A stretch of 64,000 bases of DNA, taken from positions 1 through 64,000 of the IMG/VR virus record IMGVR_UViG_3300042114_000045. One strand, written 5' to 3'. The stretch is from a virus. How positions within the stretch are numbered: the stretch's first letter is position 1; each line of letters opens with the position of its first letter. The notes beneath the pieces were generated by a model, which was not told the DNA's origin, ran no database searches, and saw nothing but the letters and a program-made list of their open reading frames with translations. Both the position numbers and the translations under genes were made by a program. Positions 1 to 10,811 of this stretch are shown in pieces.

Positions 1-41
1 TCTTCAATAAATTTCTCGTATTTTACTTCACATATACCCAT
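1..41 (-). CDS. 5' end of a gene running off the window (MGICEVKYEKLLK...), probably another ejected/internal virion protein
   Basis: ATG at 41 with an AAAGG Shine-Dalgarno just after the stop of the preceding gene; frame stays open to the window edge. Confidence 0.6.
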   Translation of the reverse strand, partial: MGICEVKYEKFIE

Positions 42-51
42 TTAATTACCT

Positions 52-1776
52 TTAACATTCAAGACTACTAATGTCATCTTGTGTTTGTTTTTCTACAGTA
101 TTATATCCTATACTTGCTGTATCATCGTTTATGTCAAACATACCTTTAGCTAATGGTTCTTCATCCATATAGTTCATTGTATACTCAGCAGACTCAAACA
201 ACACTCTTCGTACTTCTTGTATCGATGAACCAGTCACGTACCCATTAACAGCTTCAGTAATAACTTTCTCGGAATACATACTTTTTTTACCTGTTAATTC
301 TTTTACCTTGCTAACAAAAGTATTATATATATCTTCTGATAAACCATAATGAATACTGTTATATAGTTTTTCACTATCAGTATTTTTTACAATAAATGAA
401 CCAACTCTAGCATCTTTATGAACTTCAGTTGAATTAGCGTTATAATTACCATCAACGTCTACCGAACCTTTATCGATATAGTTAGTTTTGCTAAAACTTT
501 TCATACCGATATAATATGTTTTAACAAACTCTTTCCAGTTTATCCTATTGGTACTTTTATTAACCACTTTTAGCTTCTTATCTAATAATATACTTGGTAT
601 ACTGCTTTGTTTACTGTTAATATAATCAGCTAACATTGAAGCTTCTGTTGGTGAATTACCATACTGTTTTTGTACGAATACTGCATTATCAAGTTCACCA
701 CTATTTAGTTTTTGTCTAATAAGTGATAACTTACTTTCTACAGCTTTGTTAATTTTATAACCTTCTGGTATACCTTTTTTCAACCAATAAATAAACTGTT
801 TGTTCATTTTTAACTTCTCTTTATCATCTTTTGTAAACGATGCAAATGGGTTACTATAAACAGAACCTTTACCTATTCTAACAATAGTATCTTGTGTACC
901 CAGATTCAACGGTGTTAACTCTTTACCTTCAACAGCTACATCAGACTTGATTGCAATAGCAGATTCTTTATCACCAAACGTAGCATTATAAGCATCCTTA
1001 ATAGCGTTAATTGCATTTATAGCTTCCTTCTCATTATATTTACCGTGTGGTGCAAATACAATTTTACCGTTACCGTCTTTGGTAGGTTTGCTAAAGTCAC
1101 TAATATCCCTTGTACCAATACCAGCAAAGTTTTGAGTTAGCGTTGGAGCAGCGTCTAACTTATCCCATACACTCTTGTCTGTATCTACGTTCTCGTAGTT
1201 CTTTTTATACCATTGATTATCACGTGGTGAAAACACAAATATTGGTTTACTAGCTATCGTAGCCATTGCTACTGCGTATCCAGTACCACCATTAACAAAT
1301 TCACCATCCAATTCAGCTACCGCGTACACCGCATCAGAATTTGATACCTGTACCCAGTTTCTAGCAAGTAATCCAATTGTATACGAGTTAGTAGCGAATT
1401 TCTTATCTCCGTTAAGAAGTTTATGTGCACGTTTAGCCATTCTTACACCAACGGAATATTCGTCATCAGTTATTTCAGTATTGCCTTCTGAAGGTTTTGA
1501 TTTGTCAGAGTTACTTTTATAATAATGGTTTGATGTAACCCCAAAGGCTTTACCTATATCTCCCCAATATGTATCAGCTCCTAAAGCTCCACCGCTATGG
1601 TTTACAAACTTACCAGGAGTAGTAGTCTTCCTATTTCCATCAGCAGGTATAGCACTTGTAAATCTAGTAGTGTATTCACCAATACTATTAAGTATCGCTT
1701 TATCTTTATCTGTCATACTCTCCATAGCTACTAAGCTATCGAGAGATTTAATAAATTCTTCAATTATACAAGCCAC
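52..1776 (-). CDS. Putative ejected virion protein with a SLOG-like domain plus a DUF4326-like domain
   Basis: Motifs HSGGALGAD, GGTGYAV, FAGIGTR (SLOG-like) and IGKGSVYSNPF (DUF4326-like). Likely start is GTG at 1776 (AAGGA SD; TAGTG overlap with the vRNAP stop), giving MACII... Confidence 0.6.
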   Translation of the reverse strand: MACIIEEFIKSLDSLVAMESMTDKDKAILNSIGEYTTRFTSAIPADGNRKTTTPGKFVNHSGGALGADTYWGDIGKAFGVTSNHYYKSNSDKSKPSEGNTEITDDEYSVGVRMAKRAHKLLNGDKKFATNSYTIGLLARNWVQVSNSDAVYAVAELDGEFVNGGTGYAVAMATIASKPIFVFSPRDNQWYKKNYENVDTDKSVWDKLDAAPTLTQNFAGIGTRDISDFSKPTKDGNGKIVFAPHGKYNEKEAINAINAIKDAYNATFGDKESAIAIKSDVAVEGKELTPLNLGTQDTIVRIGKGSVYSNPFASFTKDDKEKLKMNKQFIYWLKKGIPEGYKINKAVESKLSLIRQKLNSGELDNAVFVQKQYGNSPTEASMLADYINSKQSSIPSILLDKKLKVVNKSTNRINWKEFVKTYYIGMKSFSKTNYIDKGSVDVDGNYNANSTEVHKDARVGSFIVKNTDSEKLYNSIHYGLSEDIYNTFVSKVKELTGKKSMYSEKVITEAVNGYVTGSSIQEVRRVLFESAEYTMNYMDEEPLAKGMFDINDDTASIGYNTVEKQTQDDISSLEC

Positions 1777-4700
1777 TAACAATCCTTAAATGAGTTTACT
1801 ACGTTTGTTCTTATCTGTTTAAAGTTTTTTAACACAAACTTTTTAATATTATCTGATAGATCACTATCTTCAATATACGTATTTAATTCAGTAATTATAT
1901 CATAGTTATCTTTAGTATCTGCTTTTTTAGCTGTACCTACTTCAACAGCTCTATCTAATTTCTCTAACGCTTTTTCTATGATAGACACTTCATTTTCAAC
2001 GTTATCTGTAGCAAATACACCAAATCTTCCTTCAGGTAATGTTCCTGTCCAATTTTCGTCGGTATTGGAGTTATACCCAGTCATATCATCAGATATATAG
2101 TATTGTTTCATAACTATAGGAGTTCTAGCTAGTTGTCTTCTATCATCGTGCGTATTTCTCAATATCTGTAATACATCACTTGGTTTTACAATAGTTTTAT
2201 CATTACCTATAATTCTATTGAAGTTATTACTAACCATTTCAGCCAAATATGAATCAGCATCGATAGTACTAAATACATCAGGATTTCTACCGATAGTATT
2301 CAATAGTCTACCAACTGCTTCACCCAAACTACTATGATTCATATTTAACTCATAAAATGATTTATTCATTTGGTTGATTTGTTTATTATTCAACTCACTG
2401 TTTACACCAAGTACCAACGCATCAAATATATTTAATGTTTTAGTAGTGTGAGCATCAACCATTGTACTACCATCTAAACTATGCTTATCAGTAACTCCAA
2501 TAGCTCCAACGTTAGAAATAACCTCTTTTATTATTCTGTTAATGTTAGATATATTAGCTCTACTTTTATTAGATTGAAATTGGTTACCACCTATAACGAC
2601 TTGAATCGTATCTTCGGTATTTTCATTTTGTGTTTTGTAATAGTCTTGTAACCCACCTAATGAATTAGTTGCTGCGTAATAACTACCTTCGTCAATCATC
2701 TCTTTCAATATATCCGTAAGTTTATCGTCTGTAACACCACCTAGTTTTGAACTATTGTTGAATGCTACTAATTTATCTTCTAATATTTTCTTAAACGCAA
2801 CAAAGTTTAGTTCCTCAACTACTTTGTGTGCTATTCTAAACTTGTTAATATCATTAAAACTATCGTCGAATGCTTCTTCTAATTGATTACCAATAGCAAT
2901 AGTAACAGCTGAACCTACGATTTCTAGTTGCCCTTCTGATAGAAAGTATTTAGTTGAACCTTTGCTAGCAGGGACAAGTTTTAACTTATCTGTTTTTTGA
3001 TCATACTCATATGCTACTAAGTTTCTCTCGTTAAGTAATACGAATGCTTTATTTATAACTTCTTTATGACTATCATTAGTAGAATTAACACTACCTAATA
3101 GCTCTTTTAATTTATCAATCTTACCAGTCATTATTGCTTCTTTTGCTAGGTTGTATCCTGCAACTTGTTTTATATTTCTTACACTTGATCCGTAGATAAA
3201 CACCATTACTAAAGGTTTTAGAAACGTTCTCCATTTACCACCAATAATACTCTCAACTAAAACAGACATATCAGTAGCTTCGTTGCTTGCACTTAAAGCA
3301 TCAATAAAAGCTTCTTTAGGAGTTTCGTATATATCTTGTTTCCCACTATCTTTAAACTTACCATGAGACATATCTGAAGTTGCATTTTCTCCAACATACA
3401 TACCGGCTTTTTCATATAAGTAACTTGAAGTCCTACTTAATCCCATCTGTAATAACGTAGATGCCATACCATTTGTTATACCGTCAGCCTCTAACGCTAA
3501 GTTTGTAGTAAACTCTTCACCAACAGTCATAGCATATACCGCTTCTAGTGCTTGATGGATATGCATTATATTTTTTGCTGTACCTTCAATATGACTATCA
3601 CTTTGATTATCTACAGCATTTCTAAGATCGTATAGAGATACTGGTTTTACTTCACCTGTTACTTTATCAACCATCAATGCTTTTAAATAGTCACCTAATT
3701 CAGTTGCAACTTTTCCGTTCTCATCGATAGTAAATTTAACGTACTTCTCTAAATCTTTAATTACTTTCTCATCTAACTTTTTATCTGGTCCGAGCTCTAA
3801 AGCTTGAGCGATAGCTAGTTGCATATGTAGTAAATCACCTTCTGTCATATTAGAAGGATTAATAGTGTAGTTCATATCGTCAAGACTAACTATAAATCTT
3901 GATAGCTTACTGTTCTGAGGATTAATCCAAGAGTTATCAATCATACTTCTATTACTTACAGTATAATCCCATTTTAAAAAGAAATCTTTATCTTTAACTA
4001 AAGAGTACGTATCTAGCATTCTATCAATATCTAATGCATCAGCTGTATATGCAGCTTTAGTTTTTTCAAACTCTAAAGGGTGTACACTACTTAACATTGT
4101 AGTTCTACCACCAAGTAAAATCTGTTTAAATTCATACTTAACAGCATTATCAATAGCTTCTAGTAACGCATCTTCTCTGTCCTCTTTTGAGTCAAAGTTT
4201 TTGTCAGCTAATGATGTAGCAGCTTTTTTTGTCGCAATTTTAAGTACATCTTCATACTGTTTTTTGAAGTCACTACTAAATTTCCAAACCATCTTACCTT
4301 GTGCATTTAAGTAGTCTACAGCTTTTTTAGCGATACCGACCATACTATTTCTAGTAGTTGAATCATCTTTTCTATCTTTTATAGGACTAGTATCTATAGT
4401 AGCTTCTTTATCTTCAGCGGCAAACTCAAATACACCACCCATATTTGATATAGCACCATCTGAAACTTCGTAGTTTGTAATAGTACCGACACCAAAGCTT
4501 AGTATTTTAGTTACACGAGAGTTTCTTGCACCATCAGCACTCTCATTAGTTATAGCACCTGTACTAGAGTCACGTACTAATACTTCTCTAACAATACCAT
4601 TATTGTTTGCACTTCTTGTTGCAGTTAACGCGTTGTAGATAACCAGTTCACCTAATGCAAGTTGTGTATCAAGAACATACTGACCTGTAACATCTCCAAA

Positions 4701-7700
4701 GGTTATCTCTAACTGATTTAATAGCTCTCTACCAGCGTCTAGTACATATGTACTTGTAGGAACGTATTTACCTTCTCTTATATCACTAACAATTTTATCA
4801 ACCTCATATGTATCAGGAAACTCACCAATAGTATTGACGAAAGCACCTTCTACGTATTCCCTAATATCATTATCACTTTTATATCTAATTTCTTGCATAC
4901 TTTTTAATGTAAGTATTGTAGCCATGTTAAGAGCAGATTTAACAATATCTCTAGTCTCACTATTTGTTAGTAAGTCATTGAAAGAACTACCACCAACCAT
5001 TGTAGCTAACCCATTAGCTATTTCAGTACCTTTTTGGTTAGTAATATTAATATCAGCTCTATTATCCGTAAATTTTTTAAACTGTTTTATAGCTCTTCTA
5101 ACTTTTACAACACCAGCTTTACCTGAGTCTTTAATAACATTCGGCATTAACGGCATTAAATTATTAACTGCATTTTTTAGTGAAACATTCTCGTTAACTT
5201 TATTAGTCTTATCGACAGCTAATTGGTTAAGAATTTTACTCATCTTACTAGCAATTTGTTCTGGTCTACTACTGATATCAGAGTCAACTATACCTGGTAT
5301 AGTATTACTTATAGCTATTCTATTTGGAAACTTTTCAGCATAAATTGCTTTTTTCAATTCCTTAACTTCGTCTTTAAAGTTACGTATTTGAATAGCAGTT
5401 CTATTACTAGTACGTACTTTATTTTCTCTCAATGTAGCGTTAGCTGCATGCAAAGCTCTTTCTTGCTGTCTAATATCTCGTAATACTTCGTCGTAGTTGT
5501 AGATGTAACTTCTTATTCTGTTAATCGTATTTCTAGTTCTTGTAATAACACCTTTGTATGCAGTATAGCTTCTTCTAATAGCACCTAAAGCACCTTTGAA
5601 TAATTCTCTAACAATCTGTTTTGCACCTGTTGATGAGTTAAGTAATGCTTCTAATTCATCAAACTTACCGAAAGCTTTAACTAGAGTAGCTTCTGATTTT
5701 TTAATATCGTTTCTTGCTTCTTTAATTTTATTTGTAATAGCAACTTTCTTAGACTTAAGTTCACTTAGTGCTTTATTGTTATTTCTAACACTAGCAGCAA
5801 TCTTTTTATTAATCGTAATAGCTGCACTAAGATCTTTCTGTAAGTCATTTAAGTTATACTCAACAGCACTAAGATTTTCTTCAAGTATCAATAATTTACT
5901 AGTAGCATCTTCAATGTTATCACTAATAGTACCTGCGTTATTATCTACAAGTACCTCAGATACATCAGTACCAAATGAAGATAAATCTATATTTGTATCA
6001 GTACCCTCTTCTACAGCTACGTCATTGTAGAAACTATCTGGTGGTGTGTTATCATCCACAGTAGGTACTTCTTCAGTACCAGTATTATCTACGTTATTTT
6101 GATACGAATACCCTTCATCATCATAAGTATACTCACCATTTTTTATATCACTATAATCTGCGTCATTGATCCCAGCTTGAACTGGAGCAGCTATAGTACT
6201 TTGTTTTGTAATGATGTCCCCATTAGCATCTAATTCATAATCCTCGTAAGATTCATCAACTTGATCTTCATAAAAATTATCGTTAGAGTTACTAGTTGAC
6301 TTTCTTACTATATCACTAGGGTTAATACTTTTAACAAACGATGTACCATCAGCTTTTGTAACTTCAACATCTACGTTGCCAATTACACTAACAGATGGTC
6401 CAACTAACGTACCTGTAGCTTCTTTATCACCGTATGAGTATACAACTCTCGAACCAATACCAAATCTATTAACAGCAGCCATAGAATTTTCATTTGTATA
6501 AGCTCTTTTAATTTCATTGTCAACGAAAACTTTCTCACCAGCACCAGCAACTGCAGTAATTAAATCTGCACCAGTTAAGCTAAGTAAGTGTTTATAATCG
6601 TTAATTGAAGCATCTAATGACTCTAACGCTTTTGTTAATTTAGTTCTAGTCTCATCTGTAAGGTTAGTACTAGTTAACGAAGTAGAAGCAATATTTTTTA
6701 ATTCAACTGTTTCATCTAGTCTTTTTTCAGCTAGCCTTTTAATAGAAGACGTTGATCTAAGAGTTCTTGATATAACATTACCTTTTTCATCTTTTACTTT
6801 ATCTACTGCATTAAGTAAATTGATACCTCTTGATTCAGCAAAGTTAATAAATTTATTAAGAGCAGATGCATTTGAATCTTTCATACTTGGTATATTATCA
6901 GATTTTGATATAGCTTCCATATCTATAGCGTGGTCTTTGATACCTTTGTACCAAGTTTTACCTAGTGCGTATCCGTACTGTGCCTCTAATTCAACGTCTT
7001 CAATAGTTTTTTTCTTAGGAGGTTTACCACCATTACCACCGATTTCATTGTTACCTAATACAGTCTCCATAGCATTACCTAATTTGTCTAATGGTTCACT
7101 ACCGAATGATTGCATAGTTGCAATAAGTTTTGCTAAACCAGCTAACTCATTGTCTGGTATCTTATCAGTATCAATATTAATACCGTGTTTCTCTTTTAAG
7201 TTAATAAATTTCTCTCTTAATTTATCAGAGAACATATCAGTTACTTCTTTTTCAACAAATTTATTACCTTTGAAAGCAGACATAAGAGTTTGAATAATAT
7301 GGTTTGATTCACCTTCAGAAGCTCTTTGATTTCCATTAGTACTAGAATCTTTACCATGTATCCATTCACCAAGTTTTTTAGCAACTTGACCAGCTATAAC
7401 TTCTTTACCTTCAGTAGTAGCCACTCCGTACATTTTTGAAACCATATCAGTTGTATCTTGTACAGCTTTAACGTTATTACCGTGCACAGCTGCAACATTA
7501 TTTATACCAGCTTTTATGTCTTCAGCAGTAGATGGCTTATCTTGTAAACTTTTGTAAGCTTTTAATGTACTATCAGCAGCACCTCTAATAGCAGCATCAA
7601 TAACAGTACCTTTGTGCTCCTCTGGGATATTTTCTGCGCCTACTGTTTTTACCATATTCATAATAGAATTTCTACCAGAACTTAATTCTGGGTCAACTCT

Positions 7701-9521
7701 ATTGAATATATAATCAGCATATTCTTTCTTTAGCTTACTACCTTCTTCATTATGTGCAATTAATTCGTCACCAGTTTTTACTAAACCAGCCTTGTAGTTA
7801 TCATTAATTTTTGTAGAAAATTCAGATGCAACATCATCAATAAACGAAGTATCTCTTTTACTATCTAGTATATCATAAGGAGTTCCAGCCATAGCCATAG
7901 CAGCACCTGCGTGATGACCTAACACACCTTGTACAGCTAAGTCCAATCTTTCATTAGCATTAAATAACTTACTCTCATTCTTAGTACCGTACTCTTTACC
8001 TACGTTTTCAGCAGCACCTTGTATAATCTCTTCGATTCCTTCGATAGCACCACTTTTACCGATATGATGTAGTCTATTTTTTACTACTTCCCAAGTTCCT
8101 TTATCTAATGCTTTAGCTAGTTCAGCTACTTCTTTTTTAGTCTCATATAAACCAGCATTACCGCCAGTAAATCTATTTACAACTCCATATACAACAGAGG
8201 CAGCAGTAGCGATAGCGTAGTCTTTAAACCCTAGCGGTTTACCATCAGCAGCTTCTTTTCTCTCGTCAAGTATGTTATTCATTTCATTAGCTATGATTAC
8301 ACCAGTACCAACGTATTTACTAGCCCCACCAATTATGTCACCAATACTAGTTGCTAGTACTTCAGGAGATTGCATAATACCTTTTGCAGTAACTGCAATT
8401 TTATCTAGTACACTAGTATCATTAGAGTTCCACACGTTTTTAAACGCTTGAGAGTAGTTTGACACACGTCTATCATTATAACCATAAGTAGTCATATCTT
8501 TATACTTATCAAAGTATTTGAAGTCTCCGTCTTCTGTAAAGTACTTTCGTAGCTCTGGTGCTTTATCCAAACTATGTTTGAACGTATTTGTAACTTCTGC
8601 ATCTGACATACCAGTAGCCATTGCTACTTTCTTTCCTAAGAACATTCCCGCATCGGCTACAACATCTGCAGCACTGAATAGAGTTTTACCTACTGAACCT
8701 GCGGCTCCGTGTGCAAGATTAGTAAGGTAATTACTATCTTCAATATTTGCACCACGTAATTTAAACTTAGATTCCATCTCATCAGCTGCATTTGGATTAG
8801 CCCATAAACCAACTTTATTATCTCTTGCTTCTTTTCCTACATTAAGTAAGTCACTTTTAAACTCGGTATATGGTACAGCATAACCTTTACTAATCATGTA
8901 TTTAGCATACTCATCGTTTTTAATTAAAGGTCTACCGAATTTATCGTTAGTGCTGTATGAGCCTTCTTTATCTAACGACACATTAGTTGCTGCAGATTGA
9001 CTATCATTAAATGAGGTTACTGACGCACCGGTATTAGTAAGGATATTTGGTCCAGTATCATTAACAGACGTTAAATACCCTTCCATAGTAGCAATTTTTC
9101 CACCAGAAACGTTAGCAGCATCTTTATCGCTATACCCAAGACCGTTTGCAGCAGTATCGGAAGCAGCTTTTATTGCATTATCAAAGTCTTTTATTTTCGT
9201 AGCATCAGTAGTTTTAGCTCTTAAAGCTAATAGTTTTTGTACCCTACCTTCAGCAAGTTGTTTCATTTTATCGGATGAAGTAGCTACTAAAGTGCTTTTC
9301 GCTACTTCAGGAGTATCCATACCAAGAATCCTATATCCTTGGCTATGAATCTTACCAGTAGAATCTTTATGTATTCTGTAAGGTGAGTCACCATCATGAA
9401 CTACGTATTCTGCGTTTTCAGGTACTGGTTCAATACCCATAGTTTTATTAGTTAGCTTTATGTAATTATCGAGTTGTGCGCCTTTAGTAGCATTGCCACC
9501 TGCAAATTGTGTACTTGTCAT
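1776..9521 (-). CDS. Virion-encapsidated RNA polymerase (N4 gp50-like vRNAP) with an N-terminal SNase/thermonuclease domain
   Basis: 2581 aa; motif A LEADGITNG, motif B RTFLKPLVMVFIYG, motif C IFDAL; nearly Cys-free like N4 vRNAP; N-terminal DGD..RILGMDTPE..DKFGR..ARDNKVGLW. Confidence 0.9.
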   Translation of the reverse strand: MTSTQFAGGNATKGAQLDNYIKLTNKTMGIEPVPENAEYVVHDGDSPYRIHKDSTGKIHSQGYRILGMDTPEVAKSTLVATSSDKMKQLAEGRVQKLLALRAKTTDATKIKDFDNAIKAASDTAANGLGYSDKDAANVSGGKIATMEGYLTSVNDTGPNILTNTGASVTSFNDSQSAATNVSLDKEGSYSTNDKFGRPLIKNDEYAKYMISKGYAVPYTEFKSDLLNVGKEARDNKVGLWANPNAADEMESKFKLRGANIEDSNYLTNLAHGAAGSVGKTLFSAADVVADAGMFLGKKVAMATGMSDAEVTNTFKHSLDKAPELRKYFTEDGDFKYFDKYKDMTTYGYNDRRVSNYSQAFKNVWNSNDTSVLDKIAVTAKGIMQSPEVLATSIGDIIGGASKYVGTGVIIANEMNNILDERKEAADGKPLGFKDYAIATAASVVYGVVNRFTGGNAGLYETKKEVAELAKALDKGTWEVVKNRLHHIGKSGAIEGIEEIIQGAAENVGKEYGTKNESKLFNANERLDLAVQGVLGHHAGAAMAMAGTPYDILDSKRDTSFIDDVASEFSTKINDNYKAGLVKTGDELIAHNEEGSKLKKEYADYIFNRVDPELSSGRNSIMNMVKTVGAENIPEEHKGTVIDAAIRGAADSTLKAYKSLQDKPSTAEDIKAGINNVAAVHGNNVKAVQDTTDMVSKMYGVATTEGKEVIAGQVAKKLGEWIHGKDSSTNGNQRASEGESNHIIQTLMSAFKGNKFVEKEVTDMFSDKLREKFINLKEKHGINIDTDKIPDNELAGLAKLIATMQSFGSEPLDKLGNAMETVLGNNEIGGNGGKPPKKKTIEDVELEAQYGYALGKTWYKGIKDHAIDMEAISKSDNIPSMKDSNASALNKFINFAESRGINLLNAVDKVKDEKGNVISRTLRSTSSIKRLAEKRLDETVELKNIASTSLTSTNLTDETRTKLTKALESLDASINDYKHLLSLTGADLITAVAGAGEKVFVDNEIKRAYTNENSMAAVNRFGIGSRVVYSYGDKEATGTLVGPSVSVIGNVDVEVTKADGTSFVKSINPSDIVRKSTSNSNDNFYEDQVDESYEDYELDANGDIITKQSTIAAPVQAGINDADYSDIKNGEYTYDDEGYSYQNNVDNTGTEEVPTVDDNTPPDSFYNDVAVEEGTDTNIDLSSFGTDVSEVLVDNNAGTISDNIEDATSKLLILEENLSAVEYNLNDLQKDLSAAITINKKIAASVRNNNKALSELKSKKVAITNKIKEARNDIKKSEATLVKAFGKFDELEALLNSSTGAKQIVRELFKGALGAIRRSYTAYKGVITRTRNTINRIRSYIYNYDEVLRDIRQQERALHAANATLRENKVRTSNRTAIQIRNFKDEVKELKKAIYAEKFPNRIAISNTIPGIVDSDISSRPEQIASKMSKILNQLAVDKTNKVNENVSLKNAVNNLMPLMPNVIKDSGKAGVVKVRRAIKQFKKFTDNRADINITNQKGTEIANGLATMVGGSSFNDLLTNSETRDIVKSALNMATILTLKSMQEIRYKSDNDIREYVEGAFVNTIGEFPDTYEVDKIVSDIREGKYVPTSTYVLDAGRELLNQLEITFGDVTGQYVLDTQLALGELVIYNALTATRSANNNGIVREVLVRDSSTGAITNESADGARNSRVTKILSFGVGTITNYEVSDGAISNMGGVFEFAAEDKEATIDTSPIKDRKDDSTTRNSMVGIAKKAVDYLNAQGKMVWKFSSDFKKQYEDVLKIATKKAATSLADKNFDSKEDREDALLEAIDNAVKYEFKQILLGGRTTMLSSVHPLEFEKTKAAYTADALDIDRMLDTYSLVKDKDFFLKWDYTVSNRSMIDNSWINPQNSKLSRFIVSLDDMNYTINPSNMTEGDLLHMQLAIAQALELGPDKKLDEKVIKDLEKYVKFTIDENGKVATELGDYLKALMVDKVTGEVKPVSLYDLRNAVDNQSDSHIEGTAKNIMHIHQALEAVYAMTVGEEFTTNLALEADGITNGMASTLLQMGLSRTSSYLYEKAGMYVGENATSDMSHGKFKDSGKQDIYETPKEAFIDALSASNEATDMSVLVESIIGGKWRTFLKPLVMVFIYGSSVRNIKQVAGYNLAKEAIMTGKIDKLKELLGSVNSTNDSHKEVINKAFVLLNERNLVAYEYDQKTDKLKLVPASKGSTKYFLSEGQLEIVGSAVTIAIGNQLEEAFDDSFNDINKFRIAHKVVEELNFVAFKKILEDKLVAFNNSSKLGGVTDDKLTDILKEMIDEGSYYAATNSLGGLQDYYKTQNENTEDTIQVVIGGNQFQSNKSRANISNINRIIKEVISNVGAIGVTDKHSLDGSTMVDAHTTKTLNIFDALVLGVNSELNNKQINQMNKSFYELNMNHSSLGEAVGRLLNTIGRNPDVFSTIDADSYLAEMVSNNFNRIIGNDKTIVKPSDVLQILRNTHDDRRQLARTPIVMKQYYISDDMTGYNSNTDENWTGTLPEGRFGVFATDNVENEVSIIEKALEKLDRAVEVGTAKKADTKDNYDIITELNTYIEDSDLSDNIKKFVLKNFKQIRTNVVNSFKDC

Positions 9522-9546
9522 ATGTATACCTTAATATATTTATTAA

Positions 9547-9555
9547 ATTATACCA
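9547..9555 (-). promoter_or_regulatory. Extended -10 promoter (TGGTATAAT) for vRNAP
   Basis: TGnTATAAT 25 nt upstream of the vRNAP start, in an AT-rich gap. Confidence 0.55.
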
Positions 9556-9587
9556 TATGATAGATTATTATTAGGTTAAACAGCTAC

Positions 9588-10802
9588 TTATTTTACGTAG
9601 TTGTTTAAGTAAGATTTGAATGTGTCTAAGTTTACCCTATTTGCGTTATTCATTAAACCTTTTTTATTATTTAGGGAAGACGTTAAAAGAGACTCATACA
9701 CTTTGTACATTGGTGCACCATTTTTCATTGCTTCATCAGCAATAGCTTTTATTTGTGTAACTGATGCATCATCACTACTGTTGAATACACTTTGTTCACC
9801 AGCAATTTTTTCAAGTAATAATGGAAAATTTTTGAATGCATCTTTGTCTCTGTCAATTTGTTTATCGTATATTCTATTTACAGAGGTTTCACCACCAACA
9901 AAATTACCTTTACTATCAATAAGAGAACTTACATCAGCACCGTTAGCTTTTAAATATTCAAACTTAGCTTTTTTGTCTAGTTCTTTTATTGCTTGTTCTG
10001 GGCTGTATTTTTCACCTTTTGCTACCGCAAGATTTTCTTTTAACATTTGATATTGTAGACCTGCATTTCTTGTACTTGCATTTGAACTAGCTATACTGGC
10101 TTTAGTTGCTAATTTATCAAGTTTAAACTTTTCATTATTTAGTACTTCTTTGAAATCATTTTGAAGATCTTCTTTTTTCTTATTAGAGAAATCGAATACA
10201 CTATTTTTTACTTTAACATCCGTACCAGCCGACGCTAAACCAGTAGCAAGAACATACTCAGGATCTGCATCTGCTTTTAAGTTTTTTGGGTCTTTATAGA
10301 AATTAGCTATATATTTTGGATCATTCAGAAACTTTGGGTCAGGTTCTTTAAAGTTAGTTTTATAATTAGTAATAGCATCACCAGCTCTTCTTTGTGTTTC
10401 AGTACTAACCTCTTTAACTACTGTTGGATCGAATAGACCAGCCATTAATGGATTGCTTAATAATTCTTTTCTTTTACTGTCAGCATCTACGGCAGATCCT
10501 AACTTATCAGAAGAGTATAGCGTGTTGAGAACATAGTTACTTGCTGTTTTTGTAGCAAGCTCTCTATTCTCTTTCATTGTATCTCTTGCTAAGCTATACA
10601 TTGCCATACCAGTTCTAGTATTATCATTAGCTATACTAGCCTGTGTAGTAGCATTAGCTCTATTATTAGCTTCTTCTTGTAACCTCATATTCTTTTGTTG
10701 AAATACTAGGTTAGTCATATCTTTAATTGAGTCTCTTAATTCACCAACACCATTTGAAACTCCAGGTATTGCTACCTGTTTTACACCGAAATCTCCTGCC
10801 AT
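9588..10802 (-). CDS. Putative internal/ejection virion protein (N4 gp51 position)
   Basis: 404-aa Cys-free helical ORF directly upstream of vRNAP; synteny. Confidence 0.5.
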   Translation of the reverse strand: MAGDFGVKQVAIPGVSNGVGELRDSIKDMTNLVFQQKNMRLQEEANNRANATTQASIANDNTRTGMAMYSLARDTMKENRELATKTASNYVLNTLYSSDKLGSAVDADSKRKELLSNPLMAGLFDPTVVKEVSTETQRRAGDAITNYKTNFKEPDPKFLNDPKYIANFYKDPKNLKADADPEYVLATGLASAGTDVKVKNSVFDFSNKKKEDLQNDFKEVLNNEKFKLDKLATKASIASSNASTRNAGLQYQMLKENLAVAKGEKYSPEQAIKELDKKAKFEYLKANGADVSSLIDSKGNFVGGETSVNRIYDKQIDRDKDAFKNFPLLLEKIAGEQSVFNSSDDASVTQIKAIADEAMKNGAPMYKVYESLLTSSLNNKKGLMNNANRVNLDTFKSYLNNYVK

Positions 10803-10811
10803 ACTAGTCCT

